From NCBI GenBank assembly GCA_045863335.1, contig BTVY01000017.1, positions 32,001-96,000 of the forward strand: DNA of 64,000 nucleotides. The letters are read 5' to 3'. Made by a program: the position numbers and the translations under genes. The notes beneath the pieces are model-generated. The model was not told the origin of the DNA and did not search any database. It worked only from the letters and a program-made list of their open reading frames with translations. Every line of letters starts with the position of its first letter. The first letter of the stretch is position 1. The DNA is from Candidatus Hydrogenedentota bacterium. Lineage in GTDB: Bacteria; Hydrogenedentota; Hydrogenedentia; Hydrogenedentales; SLHB01. Positions 21,210 to 30,731 of this stretch are shown piece by piece.

Positions 21210-22499
21210 ATGACCATAGGTAAGATCAGCCGGATTGCGGGTGTCGTCTTGCTGGCCCTGGGATGTGCGACGATTGACCCGACTTCGGCGGCGGCCGCAT
21301 CAAACGAAACTAACGCGCTGGAGCCCTACGAGACAGAGACCCCTCCGGGGACCGTTGCGCCTCCAAAAACAACGATTCCCCGAAGGCCATACCGGCCGGA
21401 CGGCGTGGTTGAACTGCCCGAAGACCGCCCCGGCATCATGGAGTACCTGGAAGCTCAGGAGAAGGCGCGACAGGAGCAGGAGCGCCAGCAGTACGAACTG
21501 GATCGGATGCGGGTAGAGACTGAGTTGCTTAAGGAACTCAATATCTACAATGCGAACGAAAAAGGGGTCTCGAGTTCCAGTCAGTCATCCAATCCTTCCG
21601 GTGCCGCCCTCTCCACGGTTTCCCCGTCTCCGGGGCAAAGGCCTAGCGCGAGCCCGTCGGGTCCACCAGTTTCGGGGCAAGAAGGCTGGGCGGTCATAGT
21701 CGGTGTTTCCAAGTACCAGAAATCCGCATTGGACCTGACGTACGCCGCATCTGACGCGCAACAGCTTTATCGCTGGCTGATCTCGCCGGCGGGCGGAAAC
21801 TACGACGCCGAACGGGTCACATTACTTCTCGACGAGCATGCGACGAAGGCTGAGATCTCCCAGGCAATCCGGGGGCTCGAAAAGGCCCTTCCGGAAGATA
21901 TCGTCGTGTTCTTCTTCTCCGGCCACGGAGCCCCTCTCGATGACACGAGCGACATCCTATACTTTCTCCCATATGAGGCGGACAACGAGAACCTCGCCGA
22001 AACTGGATACAAGATGCGAACTCTGCTGGGCGACCTTCAAGACAATGTCAAAGCGGAGAAGCTCATTGTCGTGGCCGATGCGTGCCATTCCGGAGGCATT
22101 GGTAAGTTGCGCGGCGATCCCCGCGCTATCGTCGTTGAGAAAGTGCAAAAGGAGATGACCAAGAAAGTCAACGACGGTATGCACGAGTTGCTTCGCGGAG
22201 AGGATCGCGCGGAGACGCCGTCACTTGATGGAACCGTTATGTTTACCGCGTCGAACGCGGAAGAGGTGTCTCGCGAAGCGGCCGATTGGGGTGGCGGGGT
22301 GTTTACCCACGCGATGCTGCGGGGTTTGACGGGAAAAGCGGATCAAGATGCGAACGGGCATGTGACAGTTGGAGAACTCTCCGCTTACGTATCCCGCGAA
22401 GTACGGGAAGCAACGAACGATGCGCAGGTGCCGCGCCTTTCCGGGGACGCCGATGCGGAGTTCATTGACCGCGTAACCGTCCGCCTGATTGATGAATAG
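21210..22499 (+). CDS. Caspase-family (peptidase C14) lipoprotein
   Basis: GAGGTG RBS; LALGC lipobox; WAVIVGVSKY, catalytic dyad FFSGHG and ADACHSGG, GGVFTHAMLRGL. Confidence 0.9.
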   Translation: MTIGKISRIAGVVLLALGCATIDPTSAAAASNETNALEPYETETPPGTVAPPKTTIPRRPYRPDGVVELPEDRPGIMEYLEAQEKARQEQERQQYELDRMRVETELLKELNIYNANEKGVSSSSQSSNPSGAALSTVSPSPGQRPSASPSGPPVSGQEGWAVIVGVSKYQKSALDLTYAASDAQQLYRWLISPAGGNYDAERVTLLLDEHATKAEISQAIRGLEKALPEDIVVFFFSGHGAPLDDTSDILYFLPYEADNENLAETGYKMRTLLGDLQDNVKAEKLIVVADACHSGGIGKLRGDPRAIVVEKVQKEMTKKVNDGMHELLRGEDRAETPSLDGTVMFTASNAEEVSREAADWGGGVFTHAMLRGLTGKADQDANGHVTVGELSAYVSREVREATNDAQVPRLSGDADAEFIDRVTVRLIDE

Positions 22500-22677
22500 C
22501 GGAATCCGTCAGGGAATCGGGAGCGACACCGGCAGGGCGAGATGCTGGAAATACATGAACGTCATGTCGTTCGCGAGCGCAATCATGATCATGATGCCGA
22601 TCGCAAATAGGGCAGTGATCAATACGTATTCTAGCGCCATGATGAGGTTCCTTCATACCGTAACCGGGAGGCCGTTT

Positions 22678-23595
22678 GTGCATCGCATTATTGCTGGATA
22701 CCCGCGGAAACGCAAGCGGAATAGGGTCGCTGCCGAGTTCCTAATCCTATTGTGGTTTGTGTTTGGCGTTTGTTCCGCTGGCGCAGTTGCCCCGGCGGGG
22801 CACCAATCGCTCCGGGTGGCGTTGAATGGCGTGGCGGCGCCACCCGTTGCGCCAACTGCGTCAACGGCACTTCCAACCACGCCGCAAGACGTGGTGGCAC
22901 GTGTCGTCGCCGAGAAGAGCGACTGGTTCGAGTGGGTCGGGACGAGCGACGCCCCGGACGTGGTGGTGGACATCGCAGACCACCTAGATTCCGAGACCGG
23001 AGCATCGACTTGGGCCATGCGCGTGACGTCTCGCCTCGAAACGACCCAAGAAAAGAATGTGCCAGAACATTTTCCCGCGATTATTGCTATTGAACCGTTC
23101 CTTCGAATTGAGTTGCGGCGGCTGTACACCATCAAGAATCTAGCGGTCCTTGATCGTTCGGACGTACCGATCCGCTTCGGTCTGGTCGAATCGAATTCGA
23201 AAGTGCTCCAAGAAGGCAGCGAAGTCCGGTTTCGGTTCTTGTCCCCTGTTGCCGGATATATCAGCCTCGTCAATGTGGACGCGGCCGGGAACATGCATGT
23301 CATATTTCCAATCGGAGACGAGTCGAACAAAGTTAGGGCTAACGAGGAACTTGTCATCCCGCCGAGCGACCCATCGGAAGCAACCTACAAATACACAGTA
23401 GGCGGCGATCAGTTCGGTCGCGAGTACGTCAAGGTAGTCTTTTCCACGGTCCCATTGCAGATCAAAGGTGAGTTTACGGAACCGAGCGCCTACGTCAGCC
23501 GGGTGAAGTCGGACTTGGAAGGGTATCGCGACCCGCTCATTCGAATCGCGACCCAGAGCGTCTCCTACACCACGGAACCGAAGAACGGACGTTAG
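22678..23595 (+). CDS. Exported DUF4384 domain protein
   Basis: GGGAGG RBS + GTG; signal-like N-terminus; GSEVRFRF...GYISLVNVDAAGNMHVIFP...GREYVKVVFS. Confidence 0.75.
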   Translation: MHRIIAGYPRKRKRNRVAAEFLILLWFVFGVCSAGAVAPAGHQSLRVALNGVAAPPVAPTASTALPTTPQDVVARVVAEKSDWFEWVGTSDAPDVVVDIADHLDSETGASTWAMRVTSRLETTQEKNVPEHFPAIIAIEPFLRIELRRLYTIKNLAVLDRSDVPIRFGLVESNSKVLQEGSEVRFRFLSPVAGYISLVNVDAAGNMHVIFPIGDESNKVRANEELVIPPSDPSEATYKYTVGGDQFGREYVKVVFSTVPLQIKGEFTEPSAYVSRVKSDLEGYRDPLIRIATQSVSYTTEPKNGR

Positions 23596-23643
23596 TGGCG
23601 AAGAACCGAATCCGTGGAACAGGGGCAGTAAAGGAGAAGGTCA

Positions 23644-24696
23644 TTGAAGGTGGAACAGCCTGCCGGCTTTCGGCTAATCCGTATCTGCGCGTTGTATCTG
23701 CTCGCAATCACGTGTCTATGCGGTTTCGCGTTCTCGCAAGACAATTCCGAGGACAACGAAGTGGACCAACAACTCACTCCACATCAAAAGAGGCTATTGG
23801 AAATCCTGGCCTTTGGAAACGAGTTTCGAGTCCTGGCTGCGGGAGATAGCTTTGGGACGATCGAGGCGTTTGCATCCCCGGACTTTCGGGGCCAATGGGC
23901 AACAGAAATCAAGCCCCAATTTGATGGGGATTCCGTGCTGCTTGAAGACTTCTTCTCGTCTGCGGTTCTGTTTGCGGGACGAATTGGACCCACCCGTTGC
24001 ATCCTGGTTTTCTACAATCCGTGGAGCGATGCTGCATTCTGTATGGGCGCGGATTTCGGCGAACACACCATCCTCGATGGCGCAATCCTGGCGGGCGAAC
24101 GGCTCCGTGGCGAACCGATCAACGAGAAGGCAGTCATGCCGTCATGGCAGCGCGTGGACGCCACGATCGCGGAAGGGATGGCAAAGGTGTACGTCGAGAC
24201 CGAAAAGGCGATTTCGCGCCTCTACCCGCCCACGGACAGTTACCAGCTTCTCCCCCTCTCCTTAAAGGCCTCACTTGAGCCACTCGACGTGGAGGTCTTG
24301 CCAGTGATCTTTCGCATGCGCGCCCGCATGACGATGTTCCAGGACTTTCTGTCGCCCGAGCCGGGCAGTTTCGGCGCAGAGGCGCTGGCGAATGTCGGTA
24401 GTGTGCTGGAAGCCGTGCAGGAAGGGGATAAGGAGACCTTTTTGGCGCTTACACAAGTGGATGAAACAGAAACCGCTACAGAGAACCTATTCGAGTTACC
24501 GGAATTAGTCCGGTCCCGCATGGCGCCGAATTTCTTCCTGACACGGCCTGGAGAGGGCGCGATTGCGGGCCTAGTGAATCCGGAAACACCGCAGTGGTTC
24601 GTGGTGCTTACGTTGGAGACAGGTGCATCCGGACCCGTGACCACCCGCGCCGATGTATACAAATTCGATCTGTTGCATATTTTGCTGAATGGGTGA
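23644..24696 (+). CDS. Exported hypothetical protein
   Basis: 350-aa ORF within the operon; AGGAG RBS; signal peptide ending GFAFS. Confidence 0.7.
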   Translation: MKVEQPAGFRLIRICALYLLAITCLCGFAFSQDNSEDNEVDQQLTPHQKRLLEILAFGNEFRVLAAGDSFGTIEAFASPDFRGQWATEIKPQFDGDSVLLEDFFSSAVLFAGRIGPTRCILVFYNPWSDAAFCMGADFGEHTILDGAILAGERLRGEPINEKAVMPSWQRVDATIAEGMAKVYVETEKAISRLYPPTDSYQLLPLSLKASLEPLDVEVLPVIFRMRARMTMFQDFLSPEPGSFGAEALANVGSVLEAVQEGDKETFLALTQVDETETATENLFELPELVRSRMAPNFFLTRPGEGAIAGLVNPETPQWFVVLTLETGASGPVTTRADVYKFDLLHILLNG

Positions 24697-24718
24697 AAAG
24701 ACAGGGGGCGGTATTACG

Positions 24719-25699
24719 ATGTTTAACGGCACGCGCTTCCCGGTGTACCTAGTGGTCGTGCTCGCACTGGGGCTTCTTCCCTATGTGCAGCCCGCATTCC
24801 TTCCGGCCGCTTCCGCTCAGGGCGTACAGAACGGCTCCCTAACGCAAGGTAGTACGCTGCAGGAAGCCCGAATCCACCCCGACAGCTCTCCGTCGCGAAT
24901 TCGAACCGCCCTCCCCCGCACGACGAGCAACAAGACGTTCCTGGACCACCTTGCTACGGCCACGAAAGCCGGGAAAATCATTACCAAGGTTGGTGAATTT
25001 GAAACGAAGAAGACCGAGCTCCTGGTCAACACGGTCGAGACGCTGGACAAGCTCTCAGATGCGGCGCTCGATGCAGATCAGGTACAAGAGTTAATCAAGA
25101 AGATTGAGAAGCGCGGCGCCTTTGGCAAGTGGGTGGGTGCCATCGCCAAGGTCGTTGATCTGGCGGACATCGCAACGCGCATCGCAAAGAAGCACCAAGA
25201 TGAAGGCCGGGTTGAGGCGCTAAACCTCGCCGTGAAGGAAGCAATAAAGTTCGGCGCAAAGAAATTGGCAGGCATGGGCGGCAAGTACGCCGGCCACACT
25301 GTCGGTGGGGCGGGCGCGACCGCGCTTACCGGTGGGGTGCCCGGCCCTCACACGGTGGCCGGAGCCGTGGCAGCGGGGTACCTCGGAGAAGAAATCAGCA
25401 AATTGGCCGCGGGAAAACTTGTAGACGAATTCTACGAGCCGTTGCTCGGCAAAATCGTACGGAAATACATACGCGAGTGGCTGGGAGACGATGGAAGGCC
25501 GCCGTCTCGCCGCGACCCCATACAACCCGTGCCGACGCCTGGGATTCAGGCAACGAGACCGCCGCCGGAGTCGGAGTTCGAAACTAACGCCAACCATGCG
25601 GACGGTGGCGAATACGATGGACCGAGTCTAGGAGACACGGCCCAAGGCGACGACTGGTACAACCAGTACCTCCGCGATCGGTTCTCAAGCTCAAAATGA
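24719..25699 (+). CDS. Exported helical protein with a glycine-zipper hairpin (candidate effector)
   Basis: Signal peptide; GMGGKYAGHTVGGAGATALTGG...AGAVAAGYLG; Pro/acidic tail. Confidence 0.6.
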   Translation: MFNGTRFPVYLVVVLALGLLPYVQPAFLPAASAQGVQNGSLTQGSTLQEARIHPDSSPSRIRTALPRTTSNKTFLDHLATATKAGKIITKVGEFETKKTELLVNTVETLDKLSDAALDADQVQELIKKIEKRGAFGKWVGAIAKVVDLADIATRIAKKHQDEGRVEALNLAVKEAIKFGAKKLAGMGGKYAGHTVGGAGATALTGGVPGPHTVAGAVAAGYLGEEISKLAAGKLVDEFYEPLLGKIVRKYIREWLGDDGRPPSRRDPIQPVPTPGIQATRPPPESEFETNANHADGGEYDGPSLGDTAQGDDWYNQYLRDRFSSSK

Positions 25700-25739
25700 T
25701 GCGGTTTGGGCGTAGCATACGGAGGCGACAAGAGCGATC

Positions 25740-26729
25740 ATGAAGACGGCAAGACTAACATGCGCAGTTATTCTGGGTTTCGTGGTTTCCGCGACGTCGC
25801 TCATTGCGCAGGCAGACGAGAAGTCGGCCCAACGAAGTGAGGCCGAGGCATTGGTGTCGAAGGGTATTGCCCTGAGCGACGGGTCACAGCAAGAGGAAGA
25901 GCTTTATCTTCAGGCCTACTCGCTCGACCCTACCTATACGAAGCCCCTGTTCAACCTGGGGCTCGTCTACACTGATCGGCGTCTCTATAATCTTGCGATT
26001 ACCTATTTCAAGCAATACGAAATGCTTGAGGTAGACTCGCTGGGCGTCTTGTACCAATTGGGCGCCTGCTACGATAATCTGGATGGCACGGAGAAAGCCG
26101 TCGACTACTACACCCAGTATCTGGACGCGGCTAAAGGCTCCAACGATCCCGAAGAAACCATGTACATGGAAGCTGCCGCGACCGCGCTGCGCCGCCTCGA
26201 TCCTTCGGCCGGTACATCGTATCGGGAATATATCGAGCACATCGTGAAAGTTCATAACGCCGCGACAGGCAAGGAGATTGACGCGATCCTGAGTCGCCCC
26301 CGAGTACGTGGAATGTACAAGTACGATGGGCCGCGACTCATGAAGAATATCCAGTTTGAACAGGATTCGGCAGAGTTGCTCCCGGAAGCGCGCGCGATGC
26401 TGGATCAAGTTGGCGAAAGGCTCGTCGCCGAGACACTGGCAGACAACAAGATCGGAATCGAGGGCCATACGAGCACGGAGGGCGACGAACCTTACAACAT
26501 GGGCCTGTCAGAGGCTCGCGCAAACGCGGTAAAAGAATACTTGCGCGAAAGGTTCAATATTCCCGCCGAACGACTCGACGTGTCCGCATATGGTGAATCA
26601 GTACCGCTGATTGCCGAAGATACTACTGAAGATACGCGGCGAATGAACCGCCGGGTTGAGTTCGACAACAAGGGGAGTCTTGAGCTATCGCCGGATTCCT
26701 CCGATCGTAAGAAGGTTGCGCCCCAATAA
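25740..26729 (+). CDS. TPR + OmpA-like peptidoglycan-binding protein
   Basis: Signal peptide; TPRs (LFNLGLVY, LYQLGACY); IQFEQDSAEL, IEGHTS, NMGLSEARANAVK, YGES, NRRVEF. Confidence 0.92.
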   Translation: MKTARLTCAVILGFVVSATSLIAQADEKSAQRSEAEALVSKGIALSDGSQQEEELYLQAYSLDPTYTKPLFNLGLVYTDRRLYNLAITYFKQYEMLEVDSLGVLYQLGACYDNLDGTEKAVDYYTQYLDAAKGSNDPEETMYMEAAATALRRLDPSAGTSYREYIEHIVKVHNAATGKEIDAILSRPRVRGMYKYDGPRLMKNIQFEQDSAELLPEARAMLDQVGERLVAETLADNKIGIEGHTSTEGDEPYNMGLSEARANAVKEYLRERFNIPAERLDVSAYGESVPLIAEDTTEDTRRMNRRVEFDNKGSLELSPDSSDRKKVAPQ

Positions 26730-27886
26730 TGACTGAATCGAACGGCGATAACGGGCAACTGCAGGACGTCGCCGCGGCAGTCACCCAGCGCGAGATTTAC
26801 GAACACACTCTCCGGTACTTCTTCCGTTTTGTGGAGGAGCATCTCGACGACGCAACGGTATCGGAAATCATGATCAACGGACCGCGAGAGGTGTATATCG
26901 AGCGGCAAGGCCGCGTGGAAAAATCGCCTCTGAGCTTCCCCGGCCACGAAGCATTGTACGCGTCGGTGAAGAACCTGGCGCAATATGTCGGGCGTGTTCT
27001 GACGCCGGATGTCGCGCGGTTTGACGCCCGATTGCCCGATGGATCTCGAGTCCATGTGACCCTGCCTCCCTGTTCCCGCAATGGCATATGCATCGCCATC
27101 CGGAAGTTCTCAAACGTGAACTTCACGGTCGCCGACTTGGTTTCCCGGGATTCCATCAGCGAAGAAGGCGCCGAGTTTCTTCGGATATGCGTGCTGATGG
27201 AAAAGAACATGCTCGTTTCAGGCGGGACCGGCAGCGGCAAGACCTCATTGTTAAACGCCCTGTCCGGATTCATCCCCAGCACGGATCGAATCCTCGTTCT
27301 CGAGGATTCCAGCGAGTTGCGAATGCAGCAGGAGCACGTTCTATATTACGAGGCAGTTTCGGGCGATAAGCACGGGAAAGGGAGAGTCACAATCCGGGAT
27401 TTGTTTCATTCCGCCCTGCGCATGCGGCCCACGCGCGTCGTCATTGGTGAGATTCGGGGTGGGGAAGCGCTGGACTTGCTCCAGGCCATGACCTCGGGGC
27501 ACAGCGGTTCCATGTCAACGATTCACGCGAACACACCAAAAGACGCGTTGAACCGTTTGGAAACGCTTGCGCTCATGGGCGGCCTCGATCTACCCCTTCG
27601 CGCGATACGGACGCAGGTCGCGTCCGCGATTGACGTCATTGTCCAGATCAGCCGTTTTCGCGATGGTTCCCGTCGTCTCGTAGAGATCGCCGAAGTTCTG
27701 GACCTGGACCCGCAGGGCAACTACCAAACCCGGCCGATGTACGTTTTTGAATTGGAAGGGCGCCCTACCAAGTCGAAAGTCGAAGGCGTCATGCGTTGGA
27801 CGGGCAACTTGCCGACGTTTGCCGAAGAGTTACGCGCTCTCGGCTATTCGGACGAGGTGAATCTGACACGTCAGTTGTTCGACTGA
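26729..27886 (+). CDS. cpaF: CpaF/TadA-family ATPase (short form, second copy)
   Basis: SEIMINGP, DARLPDGSRVH, Walker A GGTGSGKT, LRMRPTRVVIGEIRG, GHSGSMSTIHAN. Confidence 0.92.
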   Translation: MTESNGDNGQLQDVAAAVTQREIYEHTLRYFFRFVEEHLDDATVSEIMINGPREVYIERQGRVEKSPLSFPGHEALYASVKNLAQYVGRVLTPDVARFDARLPDGSRVHVTLPPCSRNGICIAIRKFSNVNFTVADLVSRDSISEEGAEFLRICVLMEKNMLVSGGTGSGKTSLLNALSGFIPSTDRILVLEDSSELRMQQEHVLYYEAVSGDKHGKGRVTIRDLFHSALRMRPTRVVIGEIRGGEALDLLQAMTSGHSGSMSTIHANTPKDALNRLETLALMGGLDLPLRAIRTQVASAIDVIVQISRFRDGSRRLVEIAEVLDLDPQGNYQTRPMYVFELEGRPTKSKVEGVMRWTGNLPTFAEELRALGYSDEVNLTRQLFD

Positions 27887-27889
27887 TCG

Positions 27890-30664
27890 TCAGGAAGCTT
27901 CGGCAGAAACAACTTTTCCGGGCGCCCCTTCGGCGCTGGACTGTATCTTTTGGTACACGCTGAAGTTATTCTCTTCATCCAGGAACGCATAGCGTCGGTT
28001 CGCATAGGATTCCTCGAATTTCGAAAGGTAGTAGTCGAATTTCTCCGGGTCTTCCTCCTGGTACGTCATTGCTAGGGTGAAATACGCGCACGGAAAATCG
28101 TCCCAGAACAGGAGCGCCATTTCACACGCTTGGCGGGCTCCCACGGAATCGCCCAGATTCAGCAGCGCAAATGCCCGCTCTTCAGCAGCGCGAGCACCCC
28201 ACCACCGAAACCGCTCGTTCTCAGGCATGCCGTCGACCGCCAGCGAGAATTGTTGAAGCGCAGTTTCGTAGTCGTCGATCAACCGGTAAATGTGGGCGAG
28301 TCGGTAATGACACTCCGCCCAATGCGGGTAGTCCTCCAACAACGTTTCATAGGTCTGCGCCACCTGGCTCAACACTGTGTCGCGAACCTCCGGATTCGCG
28401 CTCGCGCTGACCTCGGCCTGGCGAGCCGACCAATAGGCCCGATCTCCTTCCGTAAGCCAATCCTGGATGCCGTCCAGACCGGACGCGGCATCGGTCACGT
28501 CCCCGGATTCCAGCGCCATGCGGAAAGAGAGGATTTCGAGATCCACAAGAAGCTGTTGGTAGTACTTTCTGGAATCTTCGATTGGAAACTGAATGGCATC
28601 GAGTAGTGCATGATCCAGTTCGCCGTATAGATCCTCTGCGCGAATCAGTCCGGCCAGTTCGTTCCGGAGAGATTCCAGCGCAGGGAAGAAGCCCTGAACT
28701 TCGTTGTCAAGCCCAGGGTGATCCAGGTCGTATTTGCGTACAAACAGCCCCGTCAGTTCATATTCGATACGAAGTAGTCGAGTCTCGACGGAATCCGGCC
28801 AAGCCTTTAAGGCATTCGCGAACTCCGAGATTCCTGGGTCCATGGAGCACCGCGCCCACAACCGAATCTTTTCGAGATAATAGAGCGCCTCCAGCGATCT
28901 CCCGCCGGACCGTTCGAAGGCATCCGCGAAGTTCAACTCCGCTTCATTGAACCGCTTCTCCCGGTAGGCGGTCCGGCCCGCATTCAGGTAATCCACGACT
29001 GGTTGTACTCCCGCCACAAGTTCATCGCGCCGGGACTTGTCCAAGTCCGACACCAGAGCAAAGTGGAGGGCCTGTCGGTACTTACCAGCCACTATGAAGG
29101 GCTCCAGATCTCCGGCCACAGCTTCCATGGTCGCATCCTTGGCATTTTCCTCCGCAACCCAGGACTTCAGATCCTGGGCACGTGCCTGCACCGACTCGAT
29201 CTTCGAACCAGTCCGTTGATCGATGTTGTCGCTGCGATGCTCCCGGTCGTACTTGACAGCCAACAATTCGTCCGCGATTAATGAACTCTGCGTACGATCT
29301 CCCGCTTCCTTGGCTTCAAGCGCTTCCGCAAGACGTTGCTCCAACCCCTCCACCCAATCTGAGTCGCTTTGCAAATACTCAAACGATTGCACGAATCCCG
29401 CGAACTTCGCTTCTTTGTTGACGGACTCGATATACGCAATACCCTCTCCCGCATACGATCGCGTCGCATCGTAGGCCGATGAGTCGTAGGCTCCTAGCGT
29501 TTCCTTATACAGGTTCTGGACCTTCGCCGATATCGCTACATTAACGCGATGCAAATAGGCGATATATCCTCCTCCAGCAATCAGCAATACGATAGCGCCG
29601 CACACAACCGCAATTGTGGCAATCTTTTTCTTTGTCTTGCGGTCGGTCGTTGACAAGACCCCGGCGTCAGTCGCCTTATCTTCGTCAGGCGCATGGTCGG
29701 ATGCCGTCGTCGAATCTTCTGAGATCCGATATGAGCCGGGGTCGCGCCAGTATTCAGGAGATATGTACTGGGTGACGATGATACTCAGCACGTCTCTATC
29801 TTCGCGGGCGTCCGCGGCAAGATCCCCGAGAACATCGTCAATCGACTGGTACCGATCCGTCAGCCGCTTGGCCGTCATCTTGCTCACAATACTCGAGAGG
29901 TACTCAGGGATCTCGGGGCGGACATCGTTCAAGGGCCGTAGGATAGCATTCTCATCGCAATGCCAGTTGATCCAGCGCATCGTGTTCTGCCGGGCATCAT
30001 CGGTGAGCAGACCAGAGAACTCCGCTTCAAAACGGTCCCGGCCGCACAGGAGCTGGTAGGCCATAAATCCGATCGAGTAGATATCCGTAGCGAAATTGGC
30101 GCCCTTACTCCCTTGGTAAAGTTCCGGAGCAGCATACTGCGTCGAGATATCGTCCATGCTCAGCGTAATGTCCATACCAATCTGGACGGCAATACTGAGG
30201 TCGATAATCTTGGGAACGCCCTTGCTGTCCAGCATTACATTCGACGGCTTAATGTCGCGATGGTTAATTCCGTGTTGATGAAACGCGTTGGCCCCATTCA
30301 GCACTTGCACGGTCCACCCCGCGACGTCCTGCGGGTCGAGCACTTCTTCCCGTTGATAGAGCTGATTCAACGATACATCCAAATGCTCCATCACGAGCAC
30401 CGGGGTTTCCCGTTCAGGTCCGGGCTTGATAACCTCCAGGGCCTTGATAATGTTTGGGTGGTTAATGTGCGTCAGCCAATCGCACTCGCTCAGGTATCGC
30501 GCAACGTACTTCGGACGAAACTCTGGTAGCGTGTCCGCCGGGATGACGAACTCCTTGAGAATCACGCGCAATCCGTCATGCTTTCTCGTCCCGATGTACA
30601 ATGTAGCGCGCGGACTTCTCCCAAGTTCACGTTCCACCTCGTACTGTCCGATGATTTGCGTCAT
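27890..30664 (-). CDS. Membrane Ser/Thr (Hanks) kinase with an extracytoplasmic TPR region, atypical motifs
   Basis: VILK, HPNII, HRDIKPSN, YAAPE, TDIYSIG; one TM helix; C-terminal TPRs. The Gly-loop and DFG are altered. Confidence 0.88.
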   Translation of the reverse strand: MTQIIGQYEVERELGRSPRATLYIGTRKHDGLRVILKEFVIPADTLPEFRPKYVARYLSECDWLTHINHPNIIKALEVIKPGPERETPVLVMEHLDVSLNQLYQREEVLDPQDVAGWTVQVLNGANAFHQHGINHRDIKPSNVMLDSKGVPKIIDLSIAVQIGMDITLSMDDISTQYAAPELYQGSKGANFATDIYSIGFMAYQLLCGRDRFEAEFSGLLTDDARQNTMRWINWHCDENAILRPLNDVRPEIPEYLSSIVSKMTAKRLTDRYQSIDDVLGDLAADAREDRDVLSIIVTQYISPEYWRDPGSYRISEDSTTASDHAPDEDKATDAGVLSTTDRKTKKKIATIAVVCGAIVLLIAGGGYIAYLHRVNVAISAKVQNLYKETLGAYDSSAYDATRSYAGEGIAYIESVNKEAKFAGFVQSFEYLQSDSDWVEGLEQRLAEALEAKEAGDRTQSSLIADELLAVKYDREHRSDNIDQRTGSKIESVQARAQDLKSWVAEENAKDATMEAVAGDLEPFIVAGKYRQALHFALVSDLDKSRRDELVAGVQPVVDYLNAGRTAYREKRFNEAELNFADAFERSGGRSLEALYYLEKIRLWARCSMDPGISEFANALKAWPDSVETRLLRIEYELTGLFVRKYDLDHPGLDNEVQGFFPALESLRNELAGLIRAEDLYGELDHALLDAIQFPIEDSRKYYQQLLVDLEILSFRMALESGDVTDAASGLDGIQDWLTEGDRAYWSARQAEVSASANPEVRDTVLSQVAQTYETLLEDYPHWAECHYRLAHIYRLIDDYETALQQFSLAVDGMPENERFRWWGARAAEERAFALLNLGDSVGARQACEMALLFWDDFPCAYFTLAMTYQEEDPEKFDYYLSKFEESYANRRYAFLDEENNFSVYQKIQSSAEGAPGKVVSAEAS

Positions 30665-30731
30665 GATCTCTCCATCTCTTTGGTACGCCAACTATCGATT
30701 CCAAAGAAAGCCATGTGGACGCGGCGAAGGA

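Noticed and set aside
21210-22499. Cytoplasmic caspase/gasdermin or NLR anti-phage system
   Set aside because: The caspase has a lipoprotein signal, and no gasdermin, STAND NTPase or TIR gene is recognisable nearby.
26729-27886. VirB11 of a conjugative T4SS (ICE)
   Set aside because: Motifs fit CpaF, and the island has no VirB4, coupling protein or relaxase.
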